A DNA stretch of 64,000 nucleotides from an uncultured delta proteobacterium (GTDB lineage: Bacteria; Myxococcota_A; Polyangia; Polyangiales; B10-G4), in the NCBI GenBank assembly GCA_963727445.1, contig CAVSGI010000015.1, forward strand, positions 352,001 through 416,000. The letters run 5' to 3'. The position numbers and the translations under genes were made by a program. Every line of letters begins with the position of its first letter. Position 1 is the stretch's first letter. Shown here piece by piece: positions 41,562 to 50,706 of the stretch. The notes beneath the pieces are model-generated. The model did no database searches and had not been told where the DNA came from. It was given only the letters and a program-made list of their open reading frames with translations.

Positions 41562-43190
41562 ATGTCCCGAACGACGCTCGCCTTTTCTTTGATCGCCCTT
41601 CTCGTCGCCAGCGCTTGCGGTGACGACAGCACCGCCTCGGATGGCGGAATGGACGCGACAGCCGACGCCATGGGCGACGGCGGGGGAGGGGACACCTCGC
41701 TTCCCGACGGCGGTGGTGACACGAGCGTTCCGCCGGGTGACGGCGGCGGTGACACCAGCGTTCCGCCGGGCGACGGCGGCGGTGACACGAGCGTTCCGCC
41801 GGGTGACGGTGGCGCGGACTCCTCCATGGCCTGCGGCGACATCGGCATGGCCTGCTGCGCCGGGGGCAGCTGCACCAGCGGCACCTGCGTCGGCGGGATG
41901 TGCACCGACTGCGGTGCGCCTGGCGGCGGCTGCTGCCCGGGCGGGGGGTGCAACACCGGCGCGACCTGCGCGGGTGGCACTTGCGTCGTCTGCGGAGATC
42001 CGGGCACGGCGTGCTGCGACCTCGGCGTGTGCAGCGGCAGCGGCTGCTGCGTGGACGGCACCTGCACGGGCGCAGGCTCGACCTGCCCCGGCGTCATGGG
42101 GACCTGCATGGACTCGAGCTGCGGCGGCTGCGGCGCCGCGGGCGAGGCTTGCTGCGCCGGTCGCATCTGCACGGCGCCCTCGACGGAGTGCAACGGCGGC
42201 GGCGCGGGCACCTGCGAGGCTTGCGGCGGGCTCGGCGAGAGCTGTTGTGCGGGTGGCGGGTGTGACACCGGTGGCGTCTGCGCCGGCGGGACCTGCGTGG
42301 CATGCGGCGGCGACGGGGAGCCCTGCTGCTCGGGGCGCTCCTGCGATACGGGCTGCTGCGACGTGCGCACCGGGCCGGACATCTGCGTCGCCACGGGCAC
42401 TGATTGCACGGTGGGCACCTGTGGCTCTTCGGGCATGTGCGAGGTCTGCGGTGCGCCGGGCTCGCCTTGCTGTGCCGGGGACACGTGTGACGGCGGCGGC
42501 TGCTGCGACAGCGGGAGCTGCGTGGCCTCGGGCACCGCGGTGGGCACGCAGGTCTGCTCGGCCGGAACGGTCGTGGACTGTGGTGGCTCGGGCGAGCCGT
42601 GCTGCGACGGCGCGACTTCGTGCGCGGCGGGTGGGTGCTGCATCGACGGCACCTGTGTGGACGATGGCGCGACCTGTCCCGGCTTCGGTGGCGGCGGCGG
42701 TGCCACCTGCACCAGCGGCTCGTGTGTGACCGCCGGCGGGGGCGGGACGACCTGCGGCGGTATCGGTGAGGACTGCTGCGGCTTCGCCAACTACTGCACG
42801 GTGAGCGGCGCGGTCTGCGTCAACAATCCCTTCCCCACGCCCGACTCCTGTGAGGCGTGTGGTGGGGACGGCGAGGCGTGCTGCCCGGGTCAGGCCTGTG
42901 GTGGCGCGGGGAGCTGCTGCGTCGACGGCATGTGCGTCGCGAACGGCGACTCCTGCGGCGGCGGCGCGGGCACCTGCGTCGACGGAGGCTGCTCCGGCGG
43001 CACCTGCGGACGTCTCGGCGGCACCTGCTGCGGCGGCGGCCTCGGCTGCACCGAGTCCTTCACCATCTGTACCGGCGGCTTCGGCGGCAGCTGCGTCAGC
43101 TGCGGCGGCGAGGGCCAGCCCTGCTGCAGCGGCTGCGCCGATCCCTATCGCTGCACGGGTGGCTTCGGCGCGACCTGCGAGGCGCCTTAA
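41562..43190 (+). CDS. Cys/Gly-rich repeat lipoprotein
   Basis: Lipobox ASAC; three tandem DTSVPPGDGG(G) linker repeats; 12 CGxxGxxCC modules. Confidence 0.8.
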   Translation: MSRTTLAFSLIALLVASACGDDSTASDGGMDATADAMGDGGGGDTSLPDGGGDTSVPPGDGGGDTSVPPGDGGGDTSVPPGDGGADSSMACGDIGMACCAGGSCTSGTCVGGMCTDCGAPGGGCCPGGGCNTGATCAGGTCVVCGDPGTACCDLGVCSGSGCCVDGTCTGAGSTCPGVMGTCMDSSCGGCGAAGEACCAGRICTAPSTECNGGGAGTCEACGGLGESCCAGGGCDTGGVCAGGTCVACGGDGEPCCSGRSCDTGCCDVRTGPDICVATGTDCTVGTCGSSGMCEVCGAPGSPCCAGDTCDGGGCCDSGSCVASGTAVGTQVCSAGTVVDCGGSGEPCCDGATSCAAGGCCIDGTCVDDGATCPGFGGGGGATCTSGSCVTAGGGGTTCGGIGEDCCGFANYCTVSGAVCVNNPFPTPDSCEACGGDGEACCPGQACGGAGSCCVDGMCVANGDSCGGGAGTCVDGGCSGGTCGRLGGTCCGGGLGCTESFTICTGGFGGSCVSCGGEGQPCCSGCADPYRCTGGFGATCEAP

Positions 43191-43195
43191 TCGTA

Positions 43196-44240
43196 GTCGG
43201 GGCTCCGCCCCAACCGACAGGGGGGACAAGCCCCCCCTGTCGCCTCGCGCTTCGCGCTGCTCTCACGTCTGCCCGCCCGGTGTGGAACAGATGGGCTCGC
43301 CATACTCATTGGCAATGATCTGATGGTCTGCGGGCAGCGTTCGGCCCCCCCTCGGCGCCTGCTCAGCTCACCTGGACGGAGTGGAGCGTTGCGAAGCGGA
43401 CGCAGGCCTAACGGGGACGGTCTACACTTTTCAACTTTCGCCCCGCCCGCCGGGTTCCATCCCGCATGCGGGCTAACGGGGACTGCGGGCTAACGGGGAC
43501 GGCTAACGGGGACCGCGGCTAACGGGGACGGTCTACACTTTTCAACTTTCGACCCGCCGGCCCGGGTTCCATCCCGCATGCGGGCTAACGGGGACGGTCT
43601 ACACTTTTCAACTTTCGCCCCGCCGGCCCGGGTTCCATCCCGCATGCGCGCGACCCAGCGAAAGTTGAAAAGTGTAGACCGTCCCCATCAAGCGGTCCTC
43701 CCCATCAAGCGGTCCCCATCAAGCGCTTCCCTATCCGCATGCGCGCGACCCAGCGAAAGTTGAAAAGTGTAGACCGTCCCCATCAAGCGGTCCTCCCCAT
43801 CAAGCGGTCCCCATCAAGCGCTTCCCTATCCGCATGCGCGCGACCCAGCGAAAGTTGAAAAGTGTAGACCGTCCCCATCAAGCGCTCCTCGGTAACCCGG
43901 ACGGAGTGGAGCGTTGCGAAGCAACGCGAACCGGGCGCCGTGAGGCGCGCGAGGGGGTGCGAACGCTGCCCGCAGGGGTCCCGGACAATTCAGAGATGGA
44001 CCTTCTGGGTCAGTCTCAAACACAGTTGCCGGGCAGACGTGAGAGCCGAGCGCGAAGCGCGAGGCGACGAGGGGCCCCCTCAGGGGTGTCGGCGCAGCCC
44101 CTGACCTCAACTAAACATATCCGGCCCCCGCCCAGCGTCCCCGCAAGCACGCTCGCGAAGCGAGCCGCGCGCACGCCAACGCCCTTCCTTCAAACTGAGC
44201 GAGCGCAGCGAGGCGCGCTCATCGCCCACTCCGTCCAGGC
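43196..44240. repeat. Composite nested inverted-repeat (REP/BIME- or MITE-like) non-coding element
   Basis: 28-bp core: three forward copies (43413, 43524, 43590) and three reverse copies (43659, 43754, 43849); outer IRs 43240-43275/44030-44067 and 43328-43343/43960-43975; 24-bp direct repeat at 43374 and 43899. Confidence 0.9.
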
Positions 44241-44281
44241 AACCTGCTCAGAGAGCAAACCGCGCCTGCCGCCGCAGCGAG

Positions 44282-45079
44282 CTACTCGCAGACCTCCCAC
44301 GCTCGGCTGGCCGCTGCGCCCGCTGCGCCCACGTCTACGCCGCCTGGCAGCGCTTCGAAGGCGCTCCGCGCATCGGCGACGGGGCCGTCGAGGGACTCGA
44401 GGGCCGCGACGACCGCGAGGCTGGCGTCCTTCGCCTGTCGGGCGCTGGCGCGCGCTTCTTCGTAGGCGGTGAAGGCTGCGGTGACGCGGGCCATGTCGGT
44501 GGAGGCGTCGGGTGCACTCTCCGCCGCCTGGATGGCGGTGTAGCGTGCCAGGACGGCGCCGCGGGTCTCGGTGGGAAGGTCGCGGACCAGGTTCTGTAGA
44601 TCCGTGGAGCATCCGTCGCCCAGCTCTGTCAGTCGGGACGCCGCGTCCGCGCCCGCCGCGTCCAGGGTCATCAGCTCGCGATAGCGCCCCTCGAGCTCGG
44701 TCCGCGCCGCCGTAGCCATCCGGTCGGCGGCTTCCGCGTCGGTCTCGGCCAGGCGCTCGGTGGCGAGGAGCGTCGCCATCATCGCGCCGACGCTCACCTC
44801 GACCCCGACGGCGCCGTCCTGCTCCTGGCCGATCGCGGCGACTACCGCGTCACTCCGCAGGTTGCCCAGATCCATCACCGCGCTGCTGAGGGCGTCCATC
44901 GCTTCACCTCGCGCGCGCGCCGCTTCCTCGGCGCTCGTCCGCGCCGCGTCGGCCGCCGCGCGAAGCCCTTCGCGCATCTCGGTCTTCGCCGCCTCGCACT
45001 TCTCTTCGTTGCTCTCGCAGCCCGCGACCACCGCCGCCAGCGCGAGGATCGAGATCAGCTCACGCATCCGCACCCCCAC
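44282..45079 (-). CDS. Ala-rich helical lipoprotein
   Basis: Lipobox VAGC; coiled-coil pattern. Confidence 0.65.
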   Translation of the reverse strand: MGVRMRELISILALAAVVAGCESNEEKCEAAKTEMREGLRAAADAARTSAEEAARARGEAMDALSSAVMDLGNLRSDAVVAAIGQEQDGAVGVEVSVGAMMATLLATERLAETDAEAADRMATAARTELEGRYRELMTLDAAGADAASRLTELGDGCSTDLQNLVRDLPTETRGAVLARYTAIQAAESAPDASTDMARVTAAFTAYEEARASARQAKDASLAVVAALESLDGPVADARSAFEALPGGVDVGAAGAAASRAWEVCE

Positions 45080-45141
45080 GCGTCGAGACTACCATCATCT
45101 CCGCCGGCCCCCATGGGGGCCGTTCGCTGCGCAAACCCTCT

Positions 45142-46893
45142 CTACTCTCCCGCCGGCATCCCCCCCTTCCGCGGATCGCTCACGGCGATCAGGCGGGGGG
45201 AGCCGTCTCGGTTGATGCGAATCAGCTGCACGACCGCGCTGTGACGGGCGACGGTGATGTGGTGGCCGCGGGCGACGAGGCCTTCGACGACGCTCTCGGG
45301 CTGTGGGTTCGTCTCTTCGATGCGCAGCTCGTTGGGGTAGCCCTGATGGTGAACGCGGGGATGGTTCAAGGCTTCGTAGGGGTCGACGCCGCGCACCAGC
45401 GTGTGCCACGCGACCTGCTCGGTCGCGGTCACGATGCGGCTGCCGCCCGACGCGCCGATGCAGAGCACCGGGCCCTGATCGTCGAAGACGATCGTCGGCG
45501 ACATGGTCGACACCGGGCGGTGGCCGGGACCGGGGAGGTTGGGGGCGCCGCCAGGCAGGCCGAAGGCGTTCGCTTCGCCGATCCCGCTCGCGAAGTCGTC
45601 CATCTCGTCGTTCATCACGATGCCCGCCGCCGTGAAGCGCGCGCCGAAAGGCAGGTTCACGGTGGTGGTCACGGCCGCGACGTTGCCCTCCTCGTCGACG
45701 ACGCACAGATGCGAGGTGCCGTGCTCCTCGGGCGGGCTCGGCGGACCGGCCGGCGGATCGGGAAGCGGCAGCGCATAGAGGTCGGCGTGGGTCGCGACCT
45801 GACGCCGGAAGACGTCACTGCGCCGCGCCGTCCGCGCCTCCTCGAGGAGCGCTGTCACCGGCACGTCGACGTAGTCGGGATCGCCGAAGTAGCTCGCCCG
45901 ATCCCAGAAGGGTCCCTTCCACGACTCGGCGAAGGCGTGGAAGAGCGCGGCGTCGGCCGGGCCGCGGCGGCGGGACGCGCCCACCCACCGGTCGAGGAGC
46001 GAGAGGCTCGCCAGCATTGTGTAGCCACCGGCGCTCGGCGGCGGCGCCGTGACCCAGCGGTGACCGAGCAGGTTCGCCGAGAGGGGCTCGCGCTCCACCA
46101 CCGCGTAGTCGGCCAGGTCCTCGAGGGTGATGATCCCGCCGTTTCGCCGGCTCGCAGCGACGATGGCGCGCGCCACCCGCCCTTCGTAGATCGCGGGCGC
46201 TCCCCGCGCACCGAACTCGCGCAGCGTTCGCGCCAGCTCCGGGTTCCGGATCCGCTGACCGACCGCGATCCCTTCAGCCCCCGCCCCGATCCAGCGCCGC
46301 ATCACCGGATCGCGCCGCAGGTGCTCGGCGAAGGCGACGCTCATGCGGGAGAGCGCTTCGTGCGCTTCGAAGCCGTCGCCGGCGAGGCGCGCCGCCGGGG
46401 CGGCCGCGACGGAGAGGGGCTTGTCGCCGAAGCGGCGCACGAGCTCCGCGATGCCCGCGGGCTCGCCGAGCACCCCAGCCGCCAGCCCGCCCAGCTGTGA
46501 CTTCTTGCTGGCCGGCCCGCCCTGCGACTCGTTGTCGGCGTACATGTCCGGCGTCGCGCCGCCGGGGGCGCGCTCGCGGAAGTCGAGGAAGGTGAGCTCC
46601 CCCGATTCGGCGTCGTAGTAGAGAGCGAAGCCGCCACCGCCCATCCCGCTCGACTGCGGATTGACCACACCGAGGGCGAGCATCGTCGCCGCCGCCGCGT
46701 CCGCCGCGTTGCCGCCTTGTTGCAGGACCTCGAGGCCCGCGTTCGACGCCAGGGGATGATCCGAAGCCACCGCGAAGCGCTCGTAAGCGCCACGTGTCGG
46801 TGCGTCCGGCGTGTCGGTCCCGGCGAGGACCAGCGACAGGAGCGCGATGCAGAGGGCGACGAAGAGCGGCGGGATTCGACGGTGGCGGGCCAT
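45142..46893 (-). CDS. ggt: Gamma-glutamyltransferase
   Basis: GGNAADAA, SGMGGGGF, DFRERAP, catalytic TSH, NDEMDDF and SDPRKGG motifs. Confidence 0.95.
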   Translation of the reverse strand: MARHRRIPPLFVALCIALLSLVLAGTDTPDAPTRGAYERFAVASDHPLASNAGLEVLQQGGNAADAAAATMLALGVVNPQSSGMGGGGFALYYDAESGELTFLDFRERAPGGATPDMYADNESQGGPASKKSQLGGLAAGVLGEPAGIAELVRRFGDKPLSVAAAPAARLAGDGFEAHEALSRMSVAFAEHLRRDPVMRRWIGAGAEGIAVGQRIRNPELARTLREFGARGAPAIYEGRVARAIVAASRRNGGIITLEDLADYAVVEREPLSANLLGHRWVTAPPPSAGGYTMLASLSLLDRWVGASRRRGPADAALFHAFAESWKGPFWDRASYFGDPDYVDVPVTALLEEARTARRSDVFRRQVATHADLYALPLPDPPAGPPSPPEEHGTSHLCVVDEEGNVAAVTTTVNLPFGARFTAAGIVMNDEMDDFASGIGEANAFGLPGGAPNLPGPGHRPVSTMSPTIVFDDQGPVLCIGASGGSRIVTATEQVAWHTLVRGVDPYEALNHPRVHHQGYPNELRIEETNPQPESVVEGLVARGHHITVARHSAVVQLIRINRDGSPRLIAVSDPRKGGMPAGE

Positions 46894-46911
46894 GTCCGCG
46901 CACCCTACCGA

Positions 46912-48021
46912 TCACTGCGTCAGGAAGAAAGCCGACGCCACGGCCAGCAGCGCGAAGAGGAGCGCGGCCCAGATCCAAGGCGGCGTGGCGCGCGGCGCCG
47001 AGGCCAGCTCCTCGTCAGTGACTGGCGCCTCTTTCGCTGGCTTCGCCGGTGCCGTGGGCCGCCCGGAGAGGGTCGAGGCAGCGTTTGGAGGCGCTGGCGT
47101 GGTGGGGCGAACGAGGAATTCCCGGACGACCCGGCTCATCTCTTCTGCGAGCTCATCCGCGGTCTGGTAGCGAAGCTCCCTTTCGTGATGCATCGCTTTG
47201 GCGACCACTGCCTCCAGCGATTTCGGGAGCTCGGGCCGGTGCGTTCTGAGGCGTGGGTAGTCGCCCGTGAGGATCGCCTGCACCACCTCCATGTGCGGCT
47301 TGCGCTCCGCTTCTTCGCCCGTGGGCTTGAAGGGGTGGACGCCGGTGAGCGCTTCGTAGACGACGACGCCGACCGAGTACACGTCCGCGCGACGGTCGAC
47401 GTCGGGGTCTCCGCGGAGCTGCTCGGGTGCCATGTACTGGAAGGTGCCCACCGCGCCCCCCGTGACCGTCAGCTTTCGGCCGCCCGCCACCTTGGCGACC
47501 CCGAAGTCCACGAGCTTCACCATGGACTCGGCCCCCTCGAGGGACAGGCTCTTCTCTGGACCCGCCGGTAGGAAGACGTTCGAAGGCTTGACGTCGCGGT
47601 GCACCACGTCTTGAGCGTGCGCCGCGCTGAGCGCACCGCAGAGGCCCTGCACCACCGGGATCAGCAGCTGAAGGGGCATCCGCCCTTCACGGAGCACGAA
47701 GCTCTTCAGCGTCTCGCCCTCGAGTCGTTCGAGGGCGATGTAGAAGACCCCGTCCGGAAGGGTGCCGGCCTCCTTCACGCCCACCACCGCCGGGTGGTCG
47801 ATCTTCTGCAGCACCTGCGCCTCGCGCTTGAAGCGCTCGAGGAGGTGCTCGTCGTCCGCGAAGGCCGACCGCATCACCTTGAGCGCCACCTCCGAGCCGT
47901 CTTCGAGGTCGGTCGCGGCCAGGACCGCGCCCATGCCGCCCTTGCCCAACACCCCATCGATGCGGAACCGTTCTCCGACGATCTCGCCCTTGCCGAGATC
48001 CGTCATCCTCACCGGCCGCAT
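46912..48021 (-). CDS. Eukaryotic-like Ser/Thr protein kinase with C-terminal TM
   Basis: GKGGMG, VALK, HRDVKPSN, DFG and YMAPEQ motifs. Confidence 0.93.
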   Translation of the reverse strand: MRPVRMTDLGKGEIVGERFRIDGVLGKGGMGAVLAATDLEDGSEVALKVMRSAFADDEHLLERFKREAQVLQKIDHPAVVGVKEAGTLPDGVFYIALERLEGETLKSFVLREGRMPLQLLIPVVQGLCGALSAAHAQDVVHRDVKPSNVFLPAGPEKSLSLEGAESMVKLVDFGVAKVAGGRKLTVTGGAVGTFQYMAPEQLRGDPDVDRRADVYSVGVVVYEALTGVHPFKPTGEEAERKPHMEVVQAILTGDYPRLRTHRPELPKSLEAVVAKAMHHERELRYQTADELAEEMSRVVREFLVRPTTPAPPNAASTLSGRPTAPAKPAKEAPVTDEELASAPRATPPWIWAALLFALLAVASAFFLTQ

Positions 48022-48076
48022 TCGACCTTATTACCACCCTCCCGGACCGGCCAGCCAGGCACTATGCTTTCGAGCG

Positions 48077-49031
48077 ATGCGGATCGTTTTCGTCATGGAC
48101 CCACCGTCGACGGTCATCGTCGACGAGGACACCACCTTCGGGATCATGCTCGCCGCCCAGGCGCGCGGGCATCGCATCGATTACTGCCGCGTCCAAGACG
48201 TCTGGCTCGAGCAGGATCGGCCCGTCGCCGCCGTGCGAAAGGCGGTCGCGTCGCGCGACGCCGAGAGCCCGCTCACACTCGGCGCCGTGGAGGAGCTCCC
48301 TCTGGCCGAGGCCGACGTGGTCTTCGTGCGGAAGGACCCACCCTTCGACAGTCCCTACTTGTGGCTCACCTTGATCCTCGAGCATCTGCGGGACGACCGG
48401 ACCCTGGTCGTGAACGACCCCCGGGCGCTTCGCGACGCCAACGAGAAGCTCTACGCCCACCACTTCCCCGAGTACATGCCGAAAACCCTCGTGGTCTCGG
48501 ACGAGGGGCGCATTCGACGTTTCCTCGAAGAGCTCGAAGGCAGAGAAGCGATCATCAAGCCGGTGGACGGGCATGGGGGCGCCAGCGTCTACGCCATCGG
48601 GCTCGGCGGCCGAAACTTCCGCGGGCTCGTCGAGGCGGTGACCCACGGCGGCCGGCGCGTGGCCATCGTCCAGGAGCTGATCCCCGAGGTCACCCAAGGT
48701 GACAAGCGGATCCTCCTCCTCGAGGGTGAGCCCCTGGGCGCCATCCTCCGGGTCCCCACCGGCGGCGACGTCCGCAGCAACATCCACGTCGGCGGCCAGG
48801 TCGTCGCCACCGAGCTGACCGAGCGGGAGCGGGAGATTCTGCGCCGCCATGGGGCCGCGGCTCCGCGACGACGGCCTCTTCTTCGTGGGGATCGACGTGA
48901 TCGGCCCCTACCTCACGGAGGTCAACGTCACGAGCCCCACGGGCATCCAGCAGGCGTCGCGCCTGAGCGGTCAGGACCTCGAGACGCGCGTGGTCGAGGC
49001 CCTCGAAGCGCGGGTGGCTTCACGGAGCTGA
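48077..49031 (+). CDS. gshB: Glutathione synthetase, with a +1 frameshift near 48837
   Basis: FVMDP, RKDPPFD, NEKL and GDKRI motifs, then GIDVIG...EVNVTSPTG in the next frame; deleting one T in GAGATTCTGC restores [10 protein letters not shown]. Confidence 0.92.
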
Positions 49032-49046
49032 CCAGGGCCGCAATTG

Positions 49047-49080
49047 AAAACGGCGCCGTCGCGGATGCGACGACGCCGTC
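49047..49080 (-). terminator. Rho-independent terminator between convergent genes
   Basis: Stem ACGGCGCCGTCGC/GCGACGACGCCGT, 4-nt loop, TTTT on the minus strand. Confidence 0.6.
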
Positions 49081-49099
49081 TTCGATACGAAAGTGAAGC

Positions 49100-49366
49100 T
49101 CAGAGGGCTTCGTCGTCGGTCGCCGCCTCGTCGGTGGCGCCTTCCTCGGCGGCCGGATCACCCATGCCGTCGTCGGTGGCGGCCTCGTCGCCGTAGCCGT
49201 CGTCGGCAGCCGGATCGCCGTAGGCGTCATCCGTGGCGGTCTCGTCGCCGGTGGTCATCGTGTCGTCGCTCTGGGACTCGGCAGCCTCGGACTCGGAGCC
49301 GCCGCCGCAGGCGGTGACGGAGAAGGCCAGCGCAGCGGCGATGAAAAGAGTGGAAAGGGTCTTCAT
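49100..49366 (-). CDS. Small acidic lipoprotein
   Basis: Lipobox VTAC; D/E-rich repeats; GAGG RBS. Confidence 0.7.
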   Translation of the reverse strand: MKTLSTLFIAAALAFSVTACGGGSESEAAESQSDDTMTTGDETATDDAYGDPAADDGYGDEAATDDGMGDPAAEEGATDEAATDDEAL

Positions 49367-49421
49367 GGAGTAACCTCGCTCGTGTTCTTTGGTGGCTTTC
49401 CCGGCCAAAGACAAAGCGTGA

Positions 49422-49436
49422 GCCAGGGGCGTGCCG
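49422..49436 (-). promoter_or_regulatory. Putative sigma54 promoter
   Basis: CGGCACGCCCCTGGC, GG-N10-GC, upstream of the acidic lipoprotein. Confidence 0.4.
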
Positions 49437-49584
49437 CACAGAAGCATTTCATCGTCGTCAATTGTCAGCGAATGTCGGCAGCGCTGGGAGCCAATGATAA
49501 CGGGCGTCTACCTCTCCTGAGGCCTGTCCATATCCGCTTTCGCTGCATTTCGATTCCCGACCTGCTCTGGCAGGATCCTCGTGC

Positions 49585-50697
49585 ATGAGCCTGGCAGGAC
49601 TCGCGGAGCTCGCGTACTGGCTCGGTCCCTGGACCTCCGATGACGGCGTGCCAGCGGACGTTCGCACCGAGGAAGAGCAGGTGCCGCCCGCGCTCGGTGC
49701 CGGCGCCGGGCGACCGATGCGTGCGCGCATCTATCGCCCCACCCGACGCGCGGCACAGGGGTCGCTCCTCGTGGTGCAGGGCCTTCATTACGCCGGCCCC
49801 GATGACCCGCGGATGGATCGCGTGGCGCGCATCCTCGCGGCGAGCGGCCTCGTCGTCTACGCGCCATTCCTTCCCGACTTCGCCGCGCTCCGCGTGGCGG
49901 AGACGTTGGTCACCGACACCGCGCGCGCCTTCGACCGCCTCGAGGCGCTACCCGCGCGTCCGCCGGGGCGCCCGGGGATCTTCAGCATCTCCTTCGGCTC
50001 GATGCCCGCGCTGCGCGTGGCCGCCGACCCCGAGCGCTCGTCGCGCGTCGGCGGGCTGCTCTGCTTCGGCGGCTACGCCGACTTCCGCGAGACGATCCGC
50101 TTCTGCCTCTGCGGTGGCGAGGGGCTGCCGCACGATCCGTTGAACCGCCCCGCGGTCTTCATCAACATCGTGGATGATCTCGAGGGCACCCCCGACGATC
50201 CGAGCCAGCTGCTCGCGGCCTGGGATCGCTTCGTACGTCGCACCTGGGGGCGCGTGGAGATGAAAGAAATGGCGCGCTACGCGCCGGTCGCCGAGGAGAT
50301 CGCCGAATCGCTACCCGAAGAGCAGCGGGCGCTCTTCCTGCAGGGCTGCGACGTCCTGCCCGGCGGTGAGGAGATCGGCGTGGCCGCGCTCGAGCGCGCC
50401 GCCGATCGCTTCGCCTACCTCGATCCCCGACCCCACCTCTCCACGCTCCGCTGCCCGGTCTACGTCGTCCACGGCCGAGACGACGACGTGATCCCCTACA
50501 CCCAGGCCGAGAAGATCCGCGCTGCCCTCCCCGCCCACATCCACTCCCGCGTCCTGCTCACCGGCCTCTACGCCCACACCGGCGGCACGGGCCTCCTCTC
50601 CTTCCTCCGCAAAGCCAGGCTCGTCCCCACCGAGCTCCGCTCCATGATCGGCATTCTCCAAGCCATCCATCGAACGGGGACGGACCCGAGAGGCTGA
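49585..50697 (+). CDS. Alpha/beta hydrolase fold protein
   Basis: SISFG nucleophile elbow, VHGRDDDVIP, terminal YAHT. Confidence 0.7.
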   Translation: MSLAGLAELAYWLGPWTSDDGVPADVRTEEEQVPPALGAGAGRPMRARIYRPTRRAAQGSLLVVQGLHYAGPDDPRMDRVARILAASGLVVYAPFLPDFAALRVAETLVTDTARAFDRLEALPARPPGRPGIFSISFGSMPALRVAADPERSSRVGGLLCFGGYADFRETIRFCLCGGEGLPHDPLNRPAVFINIVDDLEGTPDDPSQLLAAWDRFVRRTWGRVEMKEMARYAPVAEEIAESLPEEQRALFLQGCDVLPGGEEIGVAALERAADRFAYLDPRPHLSTLRCPVYVVHGRDDDVIPYTQAEKIRAALPAHIHSRVLLTGLYAHTGGTGLLSFLRKARLVPTELRSMIGILQAIHRTGTDPRG

Positions 50698-50706
50698 CCC
50701 TCGTGC

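Noticed and set aside
43413..43876. CRISPR array
   Set aside because: Intervening sequences are identical or near-identical rather than unique, orientation flips mid-array, and no cas genes are present.
43578..44472. Small ORFs within the repeat element
   Set aside because: They are translations of the repeats, with no codon bias, RBS or transposase motifs.
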